Assembly (NCBI GenBank): GCA_000708835.1
Contig: DF236975.1
Coordinates: 62,001-126,000, forward strand
DNA length: 64,000 bases
From: Klebsormidium nitens
Lineage: Eukaryota > Plantae > Klebsormidiophyceae
Direction: 5' to 3'
This document shows positions 27,101-38,276 of this stretch, in pieces. The position numbers and the translations under genes were made by a program. The notes under the pieces are model-generated. The model searched no databases. It was given only the letters and a program-made list of their open reading frames with translations, and was not told the DNA's origin. Numbering within the stretch: the stretch's first letter is position 1; each line of letters starts with the position of its first letter.

Positions 27101-30100
27101 CCTCCATCCGCTTTCTCTTATTCCTGGTGGAGACCCACCGTCCCGGTGACCCAACCGGAGACTTCTGTCCTCTATCCCCACCCTCCTTTTTTACCACAGT
27201 TTCCGCCCCCCCCAGACCCTTCATTCCGCCAGCCCCCTTCCGCTTCTGCCCCCGATCCTGCGGCGTGCTGACGTCATCTTCCACTTTGACCTTCCGCTTG
27301 CTGTGTGTCGCTTCCTTGCTAGCACCGAGCTTCTGCTTCCGCTCAGCGCTGTCCGCCGCTGACCCTGTGTTCTCCGACTTGACGACCGGCTCGAGCTTGG
27401 GCGAGAAGGGTTTGGGGTTTTGGGGCTTCTTGGATGGAGTTGTGTACTCGGGTGGCCGGGAGATGCCAACGATCCGCCCAGCCTGAACCAGACAGAATAT
27501 CTCGTTGACGCTGATCAAATCTGCAACTTTTCTGCATCTTTGTTGCTCCGCCTCCTCTGGTTTCGCAACAGCATCAATCCGGACGTTTGCGGCCTGCCTT
27601 TTGGCATGTCTTCTGTTCAAGTGAGGATTTCTAATTTTCGAAACTCAGCAACGTGACAGGCCAATAGCCAGGGGAGCTTGGTTGCTTTGACAGGTTTCAT
27701 GTGTGCAACATTATCCAGAAGGCCGTTCTTTAGTACCCACATTCGGAACAGCAGACACTTTGCAAAAGGTTACGCAGTACAAGCAAAGATGCAAAACCAA
27801 AGCATGCTACCCAAGATAAGGGTATTCAAGGGGTTGCAAGACTTCCTCAGACAAAGGCAGCACAACCTATCTTTGGAAGGTAAGAAGGTGTTCGAGCCAG
27901 TAACCTTTCGAAGTTTCTCCGCAAAGTCTGTGCCAGTCCTCGAATTTCGAGTACAGAGCCTGGAAAGTATGTCATCGACAAGCTTGGAGATACAAGATTG
28001 CCCGGTTTGAGTCGCCCCTTCTCTGGCGCCTATGCTTCCTCTTGACTTACGCAAACCATTCCTGGAACAGCTCAAAACCTCCACCCAAGTAAGGATGTGA
28101 TGGTGCCGTTGCCACCTTACCTGACCATGGAATTGTCGCCTTCCATTTGCAGCTTCTTGCAATGACCAATTCAGAATACCCGAAACCAGGAGTTCCAACT
28201 TCAACTCGCGATATAATGAGTGCGGAATGCCCCCTTACGTGATCCCTGTCGTAGTACTCGTTCTCCCAGAAGGCCAGCTTGGGCTTCACTAGCCGCCCCC
28301 ACCTGCTGACCTGCGCAGCCTCTGGGAGTTTGACGGCACGCGTGATGATGACCTCGTCCTCGGGACCCTTGAGGCGGCTCTCGAGTTCGCGCAGCATCTG
28401 CACAGCAAGCAAAATTTTAGGGGCCAACGGGACGCAGAATTGAAGTGGTCACTGATGATGGAGGTGTTTCAGCACGATGAAGCACACAAAACGTTCATAT
28501 CGAGAGGAACTTCCGGCTGCAAGGTACGGACTTTAGGTGGTCCGGAACAGTTTGACGAGATAGGTTAGATCGACCCTACATAAAGCCTTCAACTCACCCT
28601 GCTGCGCTTCTTGGATTCAGACATCCGCTTCGCATCCCCTTCCTCTTTTGGCACGACGCCAGCACCAGTGGGCCCCTCTTCCATACTCTTCTCGCCCTTT
28701 TCTTCTCCTGCCCCTACTCTACCCCCATGCTCGGCTTCCTTCTCTACAGTCTTCTCTACGTCCTCCTCTGACAGCTTCCTCCGCTTCGCAAGTCTTTCCT
28801 CCCTATCCGCAGATCTTGGATTTACCGCCAGCGACCCCGTTGCCGCAAATTTCCCATTCCTATCGCGTGGTTGCGGGGACTGGGGACTGGCGGTCTCCGT
28901 ACGTTTCATGGTTTTAAGAGGCTTCTGAGTAGATCCAGGAGAGAGGCTCTTTGTACTGGGCTTTGGAGTCGCCACTTCCTTCGCCTTTGGTTCCGCAATC
29001 AAGGGACTTACACCCACACCGGCTTGGACACCCCTCGAGCTCCTCCGAACACTGTTCGTACGCTCGGCCGAGCCCACTGCCACTGGCCCTTCTTGCAAGC
29101 CCACTTCTTTCCCTGAATGTGCTTCCGGGGTCTTTCCAGCGCTGTTTCGGACACCCTTCAACCTCTTGCCGCTGTTCCGGGGGGTCCTTGGCAGCACCGC
29201 CCCTCCACTGTTCACTTCTGCCGCCTCATCCCCCCCGCCGTTTAGACCGTCTCTGTTCGGCCGATCGCTCTCCGTCCGCTCACTATCATCCTTACCCCCG
29301 TCGTCATTCCGGTTTCCTCTACCGACCTCCCCTTCAGCTTCTCCGTTCTTCTCTTCCGCAACTCCTCCCCCTGCTGGAAGCTTTGGCATCACCCCCCCGC
29401 CAAGGGCCCCCTCAGCAACAGGCCCGGGGGGCTCGTCCTCTGGGGGGGGGACATCCAGGCTGAACGCAGGGTCATCTTCATCCCCCTCGTCTTCTAGAAA
29501 AGCGCTCAGACCCCTTGCCTGCGGTCTCCCTGACGAACCCCGGAGAGTCCTCCCAGTGCTTCCAGGGATCCCGGTTTCCTGCACCGGTGTGACCTGCTTC
29601 TCATGGGTTTGGGGGGTCTTTTCTGCCCTGGCTTGTAGGGGAGTCTTTGCAGGGCTTTGGGCAGCCTTCAACCGTGATCTTGTGAAGGGCGTGGCGCCAG
29701 CAGTGGTGTTGTCCGGGGTAGAAAATGCGTCGTGGTCCGAGACATCGGACGTCCCGCCCCTGGTGTCAGACGCCGCTCCCTTCTTCAGCTCGGAGTGGCT
29801 CCTCAGGACACTGCCAGGTTGCAGGCTGACAGGCGTCTGGAAGCCCGGGTTTAGAATTGGGCTCTTGCCTGGAACTACAGGAGACACAGTGGGTACTGAT
29901 TCTGAAAGGTTCAGCTCCACCTCCTTTGCCTCATGCGCGACCTCTGGGAGCGGGCCCTCCTCTGCTGGTGCTTTGCTCCCAGACGCCCCGTCGCTTCTAG
30001 AACCGGCTCCCACGCCCCCCTGGTTGGCCGGCAATGCCAGACCCGTTTCTCGAACCCCGCTGCCGCTTGCTGTAGGCGAAACTGCTGCAGGCGTCTCCGC

Positions 30101-31605
30101 AACCCCGTTTGCGCTTTCGCTTTCATTCATCCCCTGAGCCCTCGGGCTTGACCTCATCTCGCGCTGCCTGGAAGAATCAGCGTCTCCTTTTCCTTCGTAT
30201 ATGTGGGAAGCAGGCGGAGCCCCGCGGTCTGGTTGAGCAAAGGTCGCCTGGCGTTGAACCTCTTGTTTCAGCGCATGCCTGGGGCTCTCCCTTGGGGGCG
30301 GCATCAGGCGGGAAGCATCTGACCCCCCGCTGCGCTGTGGATGGGAGAAGCCCTCGTGCTGTGGACCAGGAGGGGCATAAAAGTGGGGCGGGCTGTGAGC
30401 GTGCTCTCGAAGGACCTGGGAATCATCAGAAGGATAGTCAGACCATGCACCTGTTTCTTTATGAGGTGATGAGATGTAAAGGACCCGCTTTTGTTCTCCT
30501 CTTGTGCAAGACCCGAACGAAGGGTACAGAACGTGAAGGTGACCATATTTGGTGTGATTTGAGAGGGAAACCAAGACTGCTCTAACGTCAACAGGAACCG
30601 GCTTTCAAAGTCAGTGTATTTTGTTGTGCAAGCAGATGGAGGGTGCTCTTGCAGGTAAACACTGCCTACAAGAAAAGGGTAGAAGAGGAGGTTGCACGAA
30701 AAACTGTCTTCGGAGAGTGGTCTTACACAAGCCTTTCAACATGCCTACAATGAAATATTTCTCGAAGGGGCTCTCCATCAGAAGACAATGTTGAAGCATG
30801 CTGCTACAGAGAGTGGTTTTACCTTGTGAAATTGATGTGCAATTTTTTCATACATACATTTGGAATAGGTGAATGTTCTGAATCATCTGTATTCTCATAT
30901 CAGCAGATAGGGCTTTGCATTCTTTCAAGGACATTTTGCATAACCTCCTGACTTCTGCCTTGGATTAGTTGAAAACCTTTTGAAAGTCACCGATGAGTCA
31001 TGCACAACCAAAGCTCTTGACCAGAAGCAAATGCAGGGGAAACAAAATGGTAAATTGCATGAAAGCAAACCACTCACTCGAGGGGCAGGGCTCTGCCTGA
31101 CCAAGGCGTCAAAGTTGGCGCTGATCTGATGTCCCACGCTGCTCGCCCATGCAGCAACACCAAATGGCGTCGGGGATGGCTGTGGTACAAAGCGTCCATA
31201 TGGAGCTGGCCTAATGATTGCACTACTGTCAGCGACTGGTGCAACTTTTCCTGGAGCTAACGAATGCTGCGAGACAGTGCCTGGGGCAATCAGTGCCTGG
31301 TTCCACTCTGGAGCCGACCCAGACAGAGTTGCTGCCCTGCTGTTGACTGCAGCAGGATTGATCTCCAAGCCACTCTTTCCATATTGCTGTACCCTTTGCT
31401 CGAATCCTCCTCGCAGGTCTTCAACCTTTTCACTCGAGGGAGCAGTCTGGTGCAGGCTCGTCTGCTGTTCATGCTCCCCATCTCCAGACTGCGCTCCCTG
31501 CCTGAAAATTGCTCCCGATCTCACAGGGTCTGTCTGCGGCTTGTGCGTGAACTTCAGGCTGGCTTTCAGCTGCGGGGAGGGCGAGTAAGACTTCTGCCGC
31601 TCCAT
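18153..31605 (-). CDS. KNL2: KNL2/M18BP1-like centromere protein: large low-complexity protein with a CENP-C-like motif and a C-terminal SANT/Myb domain. Exons about 31605..31074, about 30449..28598, 28397..28239, 27482..24969, 18830..18153 (first junction unresolved)
   Basis: Phase-0 GT-AG joins give ...KKRSR|MLRELE...SRWGRLVKPKLAFWENEYYDRDH|AGRIVGIS... (CENP-C-type R-x2-R-x4-P-x-L-x-FW-x2-E motif) and ...GWTASQVAALKSALLMIDPTVDGLWYKVARQ|VPGKNHIECQTKHNEAY... (SANT, W..W..PGK..EC). No SANTA domain was found, so the symbol is tentative. Confidence 0.6.
20254..24450 (+). pseudogene. Decayed LRR-like tandem array (units of about 0.84-0.9 kb) nested antisense in the last intron of the KNL2-like gene
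   Basis: L(A/D)(S/A)LP..LGSSLP motif at 20257, 22171, 23009 and 23911. Shared AAGAAGTGGGTCTGAC at about 22364 and 23252. Shared GGGCCA..A..GC.CCCACG and GGGTCGAAAACGG blocks at about 23455/24340 and 23550/24432. In-frame stops and frameshifts are present. Confidence 0.5.
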
Positions 31606-32826
31606 GATTGTGCTCTCCTTCGAGTTGCTGACCTCCGCAGACGGTGCAGAAACGTGGCTAATACCCGATCAATGACTGATCCATCAAGAGCCTTGCTGCT
31701 TTGCTGGGACATCAATAGCAATGCGCCTACCCTCATGCCACAGCGCACACTGCATGAGCGCTCTTGCATTGTCCCTGTCAGAGCCTGTCTTGACTTGAGA
31801 TTTCTTGATATCGGATCTCCGCTGAAACTCATCAAGACCGGCACCTGCTACGTTCCGGTTATCTGACCATACGCACGTTCCGCTGTATCCGAGAGGACCG
31901 GAAACAATGGGCGCCCCTTATGGCTCGGAAGTCCCACATCTGACACTGACAGTGACACAGACAAGCACTCGGAGGCAAGGAGGAGCCGCAAGCAGAAGCT
32001 AGGGAGGAGCTTTCTGAATGCAAAGTGCATACCTATGTCAGAGCAGGCTCTTCATGTCATTGCGCAGGATTTGAAAAACTGCCTCATTTCGTGCTGCTCC
32101 TTTGAGTGACGTGAAACATTGCAGCGGCAGGAAAGCAAGGAGCACTGACCCAGGGTGGTGCAAGCAGCATTGCACTGGAGTTGCCTGCAATAGCTTTGAT
32201 ATAAAACTTCATTCACGATTTTATATGCGATGGCTGCAGTCGCTCGGAAACTCTGCAGGGGTGACCTTTTGTCAAGTACCACAAGTCAGAGATTACAATG
32301 TGACCCGCAGAGGGTGACGCAACTCGCTTCGCCAGCACGCAGCTTCTTTGGAGATTCAAAACGAGCGTTACTGCCGCCAACTTTGGGAAAGCAGAGAAGT
32401 CACAGGTTAGTTTGATTAGTAAGGACGCACGTTGTAAAGCGCATACCTTATAGGAAGTTCACTTTCAAGAGAAGTAAAGCCAAGTGGTGGGCACAAGTTA
32501 AACCTTGAATGCTGCTCGTGGAAACAAGTTGGTGGTTGGCCCATAAAACTTACGATGCACCCGCCATTACATGAAGGTTTGCTACCGCAGTAGTGGCATT
32601 AGAAAGTTGTAAGAAAGAACCGCCACCCATGGCTTTCAAGGGATTTCTTGTCAAACACCTGCTCAGGGGAGGTACTTGGAGAGCGACGCCTCAGCCTAAT
32701 GAATGTCTCGATTCCCTCTGAAGCGTTGCCGTTCACGTTCGGTCAGTGGTAGGTCGAGCAGTTTTAATATCATCAATTGCGCCCAAGGTAGGTAGAAAAC
32801 ATGACGACTTGTTTGAATTTCTACAG

Positions 32827-35800
32827 GGTGTCAGCAACTAGGCGCGGCAGCGTGCAATGCAGTGTCGCGGGTGCAGCACCAGGAGGTGCGGCGGAAGAGG
32901 AGGACCCTTATGCGGTGAGCATACTTGCGCCTTTGTCTTGATCACGATATTGGGGTTCAAACCTCCACCTTAAAGCTTACTCTGCAGCGTCACCTTTTGA
33001 ATGCATATCGTCGATTCTCATTGATGTTGTCACCACTGTTGTCCACTGGAGACAAAGTTCTACCCACCAAATGCCGGGTTCTAGGGCGATTGGTGGCTGG
33101 ATGTGACATGCAACTTTGCCAAGCTGACCATGTTCGCTAACTCCAGGAGCAACTTTTCCTGAGTTTCGCTGACCTGGCACTCAATGATAGGCAGGATTCT
33201 GCGTCGGTGGTCATGAGGTATTAGGGAAGGTCTTTGAAACGTTTGTCGGAACTTGAAGAGAAAAGTCTTTTTGACACTGGTAATTTTGTCCAATGCTTGA
33301 TGCAGGTATTGGGGGTCAGTCGACTGGCCAGCTCGGATGACATCATGTCTGCTCGGAGAAGGAGAGTCAAGGATGCGGAAAGAAGAGGGGACACGGCTGC
33401 TCAGGAAAGGGTGAGTTACTTAGCACTATTGTCAGTGGATATTCGGTTTTAGATGCTGGATTAGTGTTGAAAGACATCCGATTGGATGCCAGTCTACCGG
33501 TTTAGATGCTGGATTGGTGTTAAAAGACATCCGATTGGATGCCAGTCTAGCCTATTTCTTGGGCGGACTTGTGCTTCCATGCTGCTTTCAACCCATGTTT
33601 CGCACAGGTTGAAGAGGAAATAAATGTTCCAAGGGTCTTGGAAAGCAAGCTTCGATTGTATGACACTGGACACTGGACAAGATCTTTGAAAATTGGCAAT
33701 TGAGTTGTTGATGCAGATAAACGAGATTTCAAGCTTTTGATGTGTCGATTCATCCTACGCGAACAGGAATGATTTTTTCACCGTATGAGAAGCTGCCCTC
33801 TTGCTTGCTTGCAGTTGGAAAAGGCATATGACAGCATCATGTATGGGCAGTTGAACAAGCGGGCATCAGGCATAGCCTTCGGAAATGTGGAGGTGAGACC
33901 CCCAGAACTTGCCTCGCCGTCAATTGTTTGGATCAATGGACTTCACAACAGGGACTTCCTCAACAGTTTGTTTGAGTCGGCCTCCTCAGACGTCAAGTTC
34001 TGTGCCCTGTCAGCGTCTAGCTATATTCTATTCTATATTCTTTCTGTTCCATTCTACTCATATTCTATTGTACTGAGGGCTGCTGACGATCTGAAAGCTG
34101 CGGATGCAAGCATCAGCGTCGATTCGAAGTGGTTGCCTGAGCAAGTTGAGAGAAGAGTCAAAATACTGATTGTAATGCTTGCATGTGCCCAGTATATCAT
34201 CAGCGTTCTCCCCGAGGCAAGCGTTTCGGCTCCGGGAAAGTCCCAAATGGAACAATAGGTGGTCGCGTTTCACTCTCCTTTGCACCCTGTTATAGGGCTG
34301 TGTGCTTGTTTGTGATGCGGACCCTTTCCGATTTGCAGGTCTCGAAGGACATCAAGTACGCTGACCGACAACCTTTGACTCCCAAATGGTGGCCCAAGTA
34401 AGTTCGGGGCTTATGAAGCCTCCTTCTTGCATTCATTGGGTCTCGTTTTGAAAGACACAGAGCATTTTGCAACACCCTCCCTAAGAGTCGACCAGTCCTT
34501 GTCGGGTTAAGGTTCTTCTCGAGAAGGACTACGAAGCTGAGACAGATGCAGCATGAGCAAAGTACAAAGCCACACCCGGGAAGATCCCGTTCGTCAACGG
34601 ACTTCCGTCAAAGGTGGTGATTATCTACGGCTTGAAATGCATATTCCCGATGTTCCATCGTCTCTAAGCGTTGGCCCTGTCCGCGGATCGCCTCTTACTT
34701 AGCAACCACCTGGAACGGGTCGTTCTGCTTCGGCGAGTTGTTTGCAACTGACGTATGCCTTCGAGGTCTCTGTCTTTTGGGCCTCTGACGTAGGGCTCTT
34801 TTTCTGATGCAGGAAAGCGCCCGTCGATCGGAAAAACACGCTCATTAATGCCGCTGTGGCGGGTATACTGGTGAGGCTTCAGCTTGATTCTTCACGTTAA
34901 AAGCAGGGAGGCCAATCATGGAGAGCCACCCAACGCCGAGATCCGGCAGTCGGAGACTCCTCTGTCAACCGTAGAATTTTTTCTACTATCTCGCCGCCAT
35001 GTCCCTGCTCAATGGTGTGCAGTCAAAGTCGACGGCAGTCTAGCGAAAGTATTCGTCGGTCTCGATTCACCTTCGATCCTGTTGGTGCATCGTCTCCTCG
35101 AGGGTCTCGTCACCAGTCACTCTGCTTTTTCCCTCAGTTACGAGTCCTTCTAACAACAGCCTGAGCAGGCTTTGTATCCGAATAGCTTTGGGATTGATCC
35201 AAGTCACGTTGTTCACAGAACGGCATTTTGACAGTCAGCAAGAAGCGTCCCGTCGGCTCTTAGTATGTTAGGTTGCGCATCGTCCGAAAACCTACTTGGC
35301 CTCCAGTGTTGCCTTTGTAGTACCGACGAACAGGAGGTACGGTACTTTTCAGGCCATATTACCCCTCTGGTATGTACGTTGGGGTACCACGTGGATATGA
35401 AAAGCCATCCGATTGGCTAAGAAATTTGGAAAACTTTTGCAGCGTTTCGGTCGACGCGCACCCTTATGCTAACAAGTTCACTCGTCAGTCGAATCGCGTA
35501 ACAACGGCCAGCATGAAGCGTCCGACTGGAGACAAGCCGGTCGCAGCAATGCTGACACGTGTCTTTTTGACCCGGGTCACAGATTATATCAACGGCGGGC
35601 ATGAAGTACCCGAACGCAGACAAGCTGCCACTGGTGCTGGTCGCCATGATCCTGCGGCTCTACTTCAAGCTCGGCGAATTCTACCCATACGAGGTGGGCA
35701 CTTATCAGAATCACCCATCATATCCAAAACGGGGGGGAGGCAGAGGCGGAGAAACGATGAAACGACCAGTCACACGAGGACTCTTGAGTCACATAAGTGT

Positions 35801-36937
35801 CAACGAGCCACTGTCGTATTTTCCGTCCAACCTGCATTTAAGCCCCGGAAGAACCAAGGGTGCTCTCCACCAGACGGCACGCCGTTGACCAAGCGCCATC
35901 TGATGGCCTGGGTTTATGTTGCTGTTTCAGAACCACGTGGCTTCAGATTATCGTCGTCAGGGCTGCCAAGACCCGGGAAATATCTAGCAGCGAGCATACT
36001 TTCGTCTTTTAGCACGAATTTTGGGCGACCGCTCGTCTAGCATGGTTCAACCATGAAAGCCACTTCACAGCTCGTTCACTTGCCCCCATGCGGGCACCTT
36101 TTTACTCCTCAAAAAGACCACTGGAATGGTCAATATACACCGCCTTCACTGCAACACCGTTTTCAAGCGTCACCGGGAAGGTGTGACTCCGCAACCCCAG
36201 CCTGCTGCTCGAGCACTTGGAGCACAAAACGATGGCCGACACGTGGCACCATCTTACTTGCTCTTGTACGTGCCCTCAGGAGGAGGACCGGGAGGAAAAG
36301 GCCAACGCACGTAACCAGTTGCTGCTCCGGGTGCTGGGGCTCAGCTTCGGGACGTTCGGAGTTGCAGGCCTGGTGAGAATGCGCTCCTGGTTTGGGCTCA
36401 GCTTTTACGTCTCTGCTCTTTCTTGACCAAGTTTTGAAAGGTCTGGCTTCACGGCGGCTCGGTTTGATGCAATCTGGCCTACCCGACAGCTCGCTCTATG
36501 TTTGGGTTGACCATGATCTAGAGAAAGCTTGACCTTCTTCCAAGTTTGCTGGGAGAACAGTCCGGCTGATACAGAAGTTTTCCGTGCAGCTCTCTAGCTT
36601 GGCTGCCAGCGCGCTCGCTTTCCCGCCGGTAAGTGCCCTGATGCACAACAAGCATGTCCGCTGCCTTTGCCTAGACGATTACGGAGATGTCTCTGACCTG
36701 CAAAATTGCTGTCAAAATTCTTGTCCCTTTCTGCGCGTCGCTGAAATAGATGTGACCGGTTACTTTCCGTTCAGGTCTCGAGTAAACGGCACTAGCTCTT
36801 GACCATGTTTTGTACAGCAACAATGCTGTTACTTTCGTCCTGACATAACCCTTTACTTGTCGACCATTTTGCAGGCCATTGTTGTCAACACTGTTGTCGT
36901 CGCAACTGTGTTCTACGTTGTTTCTTTCCTTCGGTAG
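32827..36937 (+). CDS. CJD1: Chloroplast J-like domain protein (CJD1-like, DUF3353/CPP1 superfamily); 5' transit-peptide exon(s) not resolved (upstream of 32827)
   Basis: Spliced translation: ...EEEDPYA|VLGVSRLASSDDIMSARRRRVKDAERRGDTAAQER|LEKAYDSIMYGQLNKRASGIAFGNVE|VSKDIKYADRQPLTPKWWPK|KAPVDRKNTLINAAVAGIL|IISTAGMKY...FYPYE|EEDREEKANARNQLLLRVLGLSFGTFGVAGL|...|AIVVNTVVVATVFYVVSFLR*. This resembles Arabidopsis CJD1 (LEKAYDKLMYAQL...VSKDIKYADKQP), recalled from memory. There is no HPD motif. Confidence 0.8.
33444..33549 (+). repeat. 53-bp intronic tandem duplication
   Basis: TTTAGATGCTGGATT(A/G)GTGTT(G/A)AAAGACATCCGATTGGATGCCAGTCTA occurs twice (33444-33496, 33497-33549). Confidence 0.9.
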
Positions 36938-37079
36938 CAGCGGATGGTTCGTTACCGGCGCCAGTGTTAGGCTGTCTATCAGGGGGGTCGTGCGATTAGC
37001 TCAGAACTTAAGTCGAGAGAGTGCAGTCAATTCTTTCCTTTTTGGCGGAACTTGTGTCTGAGTATAGGTGCGCTATGGC

Positions 37080-37600
37080 CAATCTTGTGCAATCACTGAG
37101 CTCCGCGATTGTCCACAAATTCAGGTCACATGGTCAAGCACATGGTCACCATGTACCATACATGCGAGCCAGACTCCAAGTGCAGCTTCATGTTGCGCGT
37201 AGCTGGATTTGTTCATATGGGCCTTTCGTGCTGCCAGCATTGACGGTATGCCCCGGGCCCCATATTCAGGATCCGACTGATCATGGCAGATCATATGCAA
37301 TGCAATCAATGTTATACTGCACATGATGCCTGAAGTCCAAAACTATAATGATAACAATAAATAACGTAACAATAACAATATAACAATTGCGGCCGCGCAA
37401 GCAAACTCAATGCATGACCGGACTCCTGAACATGTATTTCAATGCCGTCCATCACATAAGCGAGTCCGGGCACGCACCGTCATGCATGTGTATACAAGTG
37501 TACGCCACATGCTATTGTTCAACAGCCTGCAGGAGGCCTTACTATTATAACAGCGGCATGATTAAGCGAATGTTGTGAAAACGTTTCGGATCCGCGTTCG
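37080..37600. repeat. CATG-rich degenerate interspersed repeat between convergent 3' ends
   Basis: AAGTGCAGCTTCATGTTGCG (37178) resembles AAGTGCAGCTTTGCATGATGCG (50837). Contains an AT-rich (AAT/AAC) stretch at 37345-37390. Confidence 0.35.
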
Positions 37601-38276
37601 CGGTACATAAGGATATGTTATGCAGCCGAAACTAAGTTGTCTGATAGCGTACCGACTCAAGCTCCACCTTTAAGCCAATTGTCCTTTTCAGTATCTGTGT
37701 TCATTCATATGTCACTGCAAGTACGCACCCGACAAGCATCGACCTGATCGGTCTGACTAGTCTCGTGCGTACCATAACCGGACCCACAACATACACAACA
37801 ACCTGGAACTCGACCACCGCTTTCCCTGCGCAAAGGCTTTGGAAAAGTCATATCTCGCAATTCTTTCAAGAAGTGAACACACAAAGCAACTATATGACGT
37901 GTGTTATTGCTTTTCAACATGGAAACAGTGAAGAATGGGCATTCACACTATCGCATTCCGCCTTTGTCGCACCAGGAAGGACGTCGTTGCCAAACCCTAC
38001 GTACAATGTGTGGCTGCAATTGCTCGATTATCAGGTGGCAGCCCAAAATGTTGGACCTGATATAAATGGCATATCAGTGTGGCGCACATCAGAATTAAGA
38101 TCCTAGTTGACCACATTGAGGGAAGGAACAGTCCACTGAATAAAGAATAGAGTCAAATAATGTTAACAATTGCAACAACTCATTTGGAAGTCCTGGCTGC
38201 GGCCCTGCAGTCTCGCGGGTAAATGCTACCCACGGAATGAGGTCGCTTGAACAGCATGGAGGTATGTCAACGGTAA

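Noticed and set aside
25348-30137. Long Ser/Pro/Phe-rich plus-strand ORFs (25348..26535, 25515..26414, 26532..27149, 29166..30137)
   Set aside because: These are antisense shadows of the purine-rich KNL2-like exons.
30450-32600. SANTA domain expected for KNL2
   Set aside because: No W-x-L...V-x-G...GFP-x-x-W pattern was found by eye in any frame, so it is not claimed. The exon 1/2 junction phase is also unresolved.
35372-36040. 222-aa ORF inside the CJD1-like gene
   Set aside because: It is mostly intronic and overlaps a true exon in another frame.
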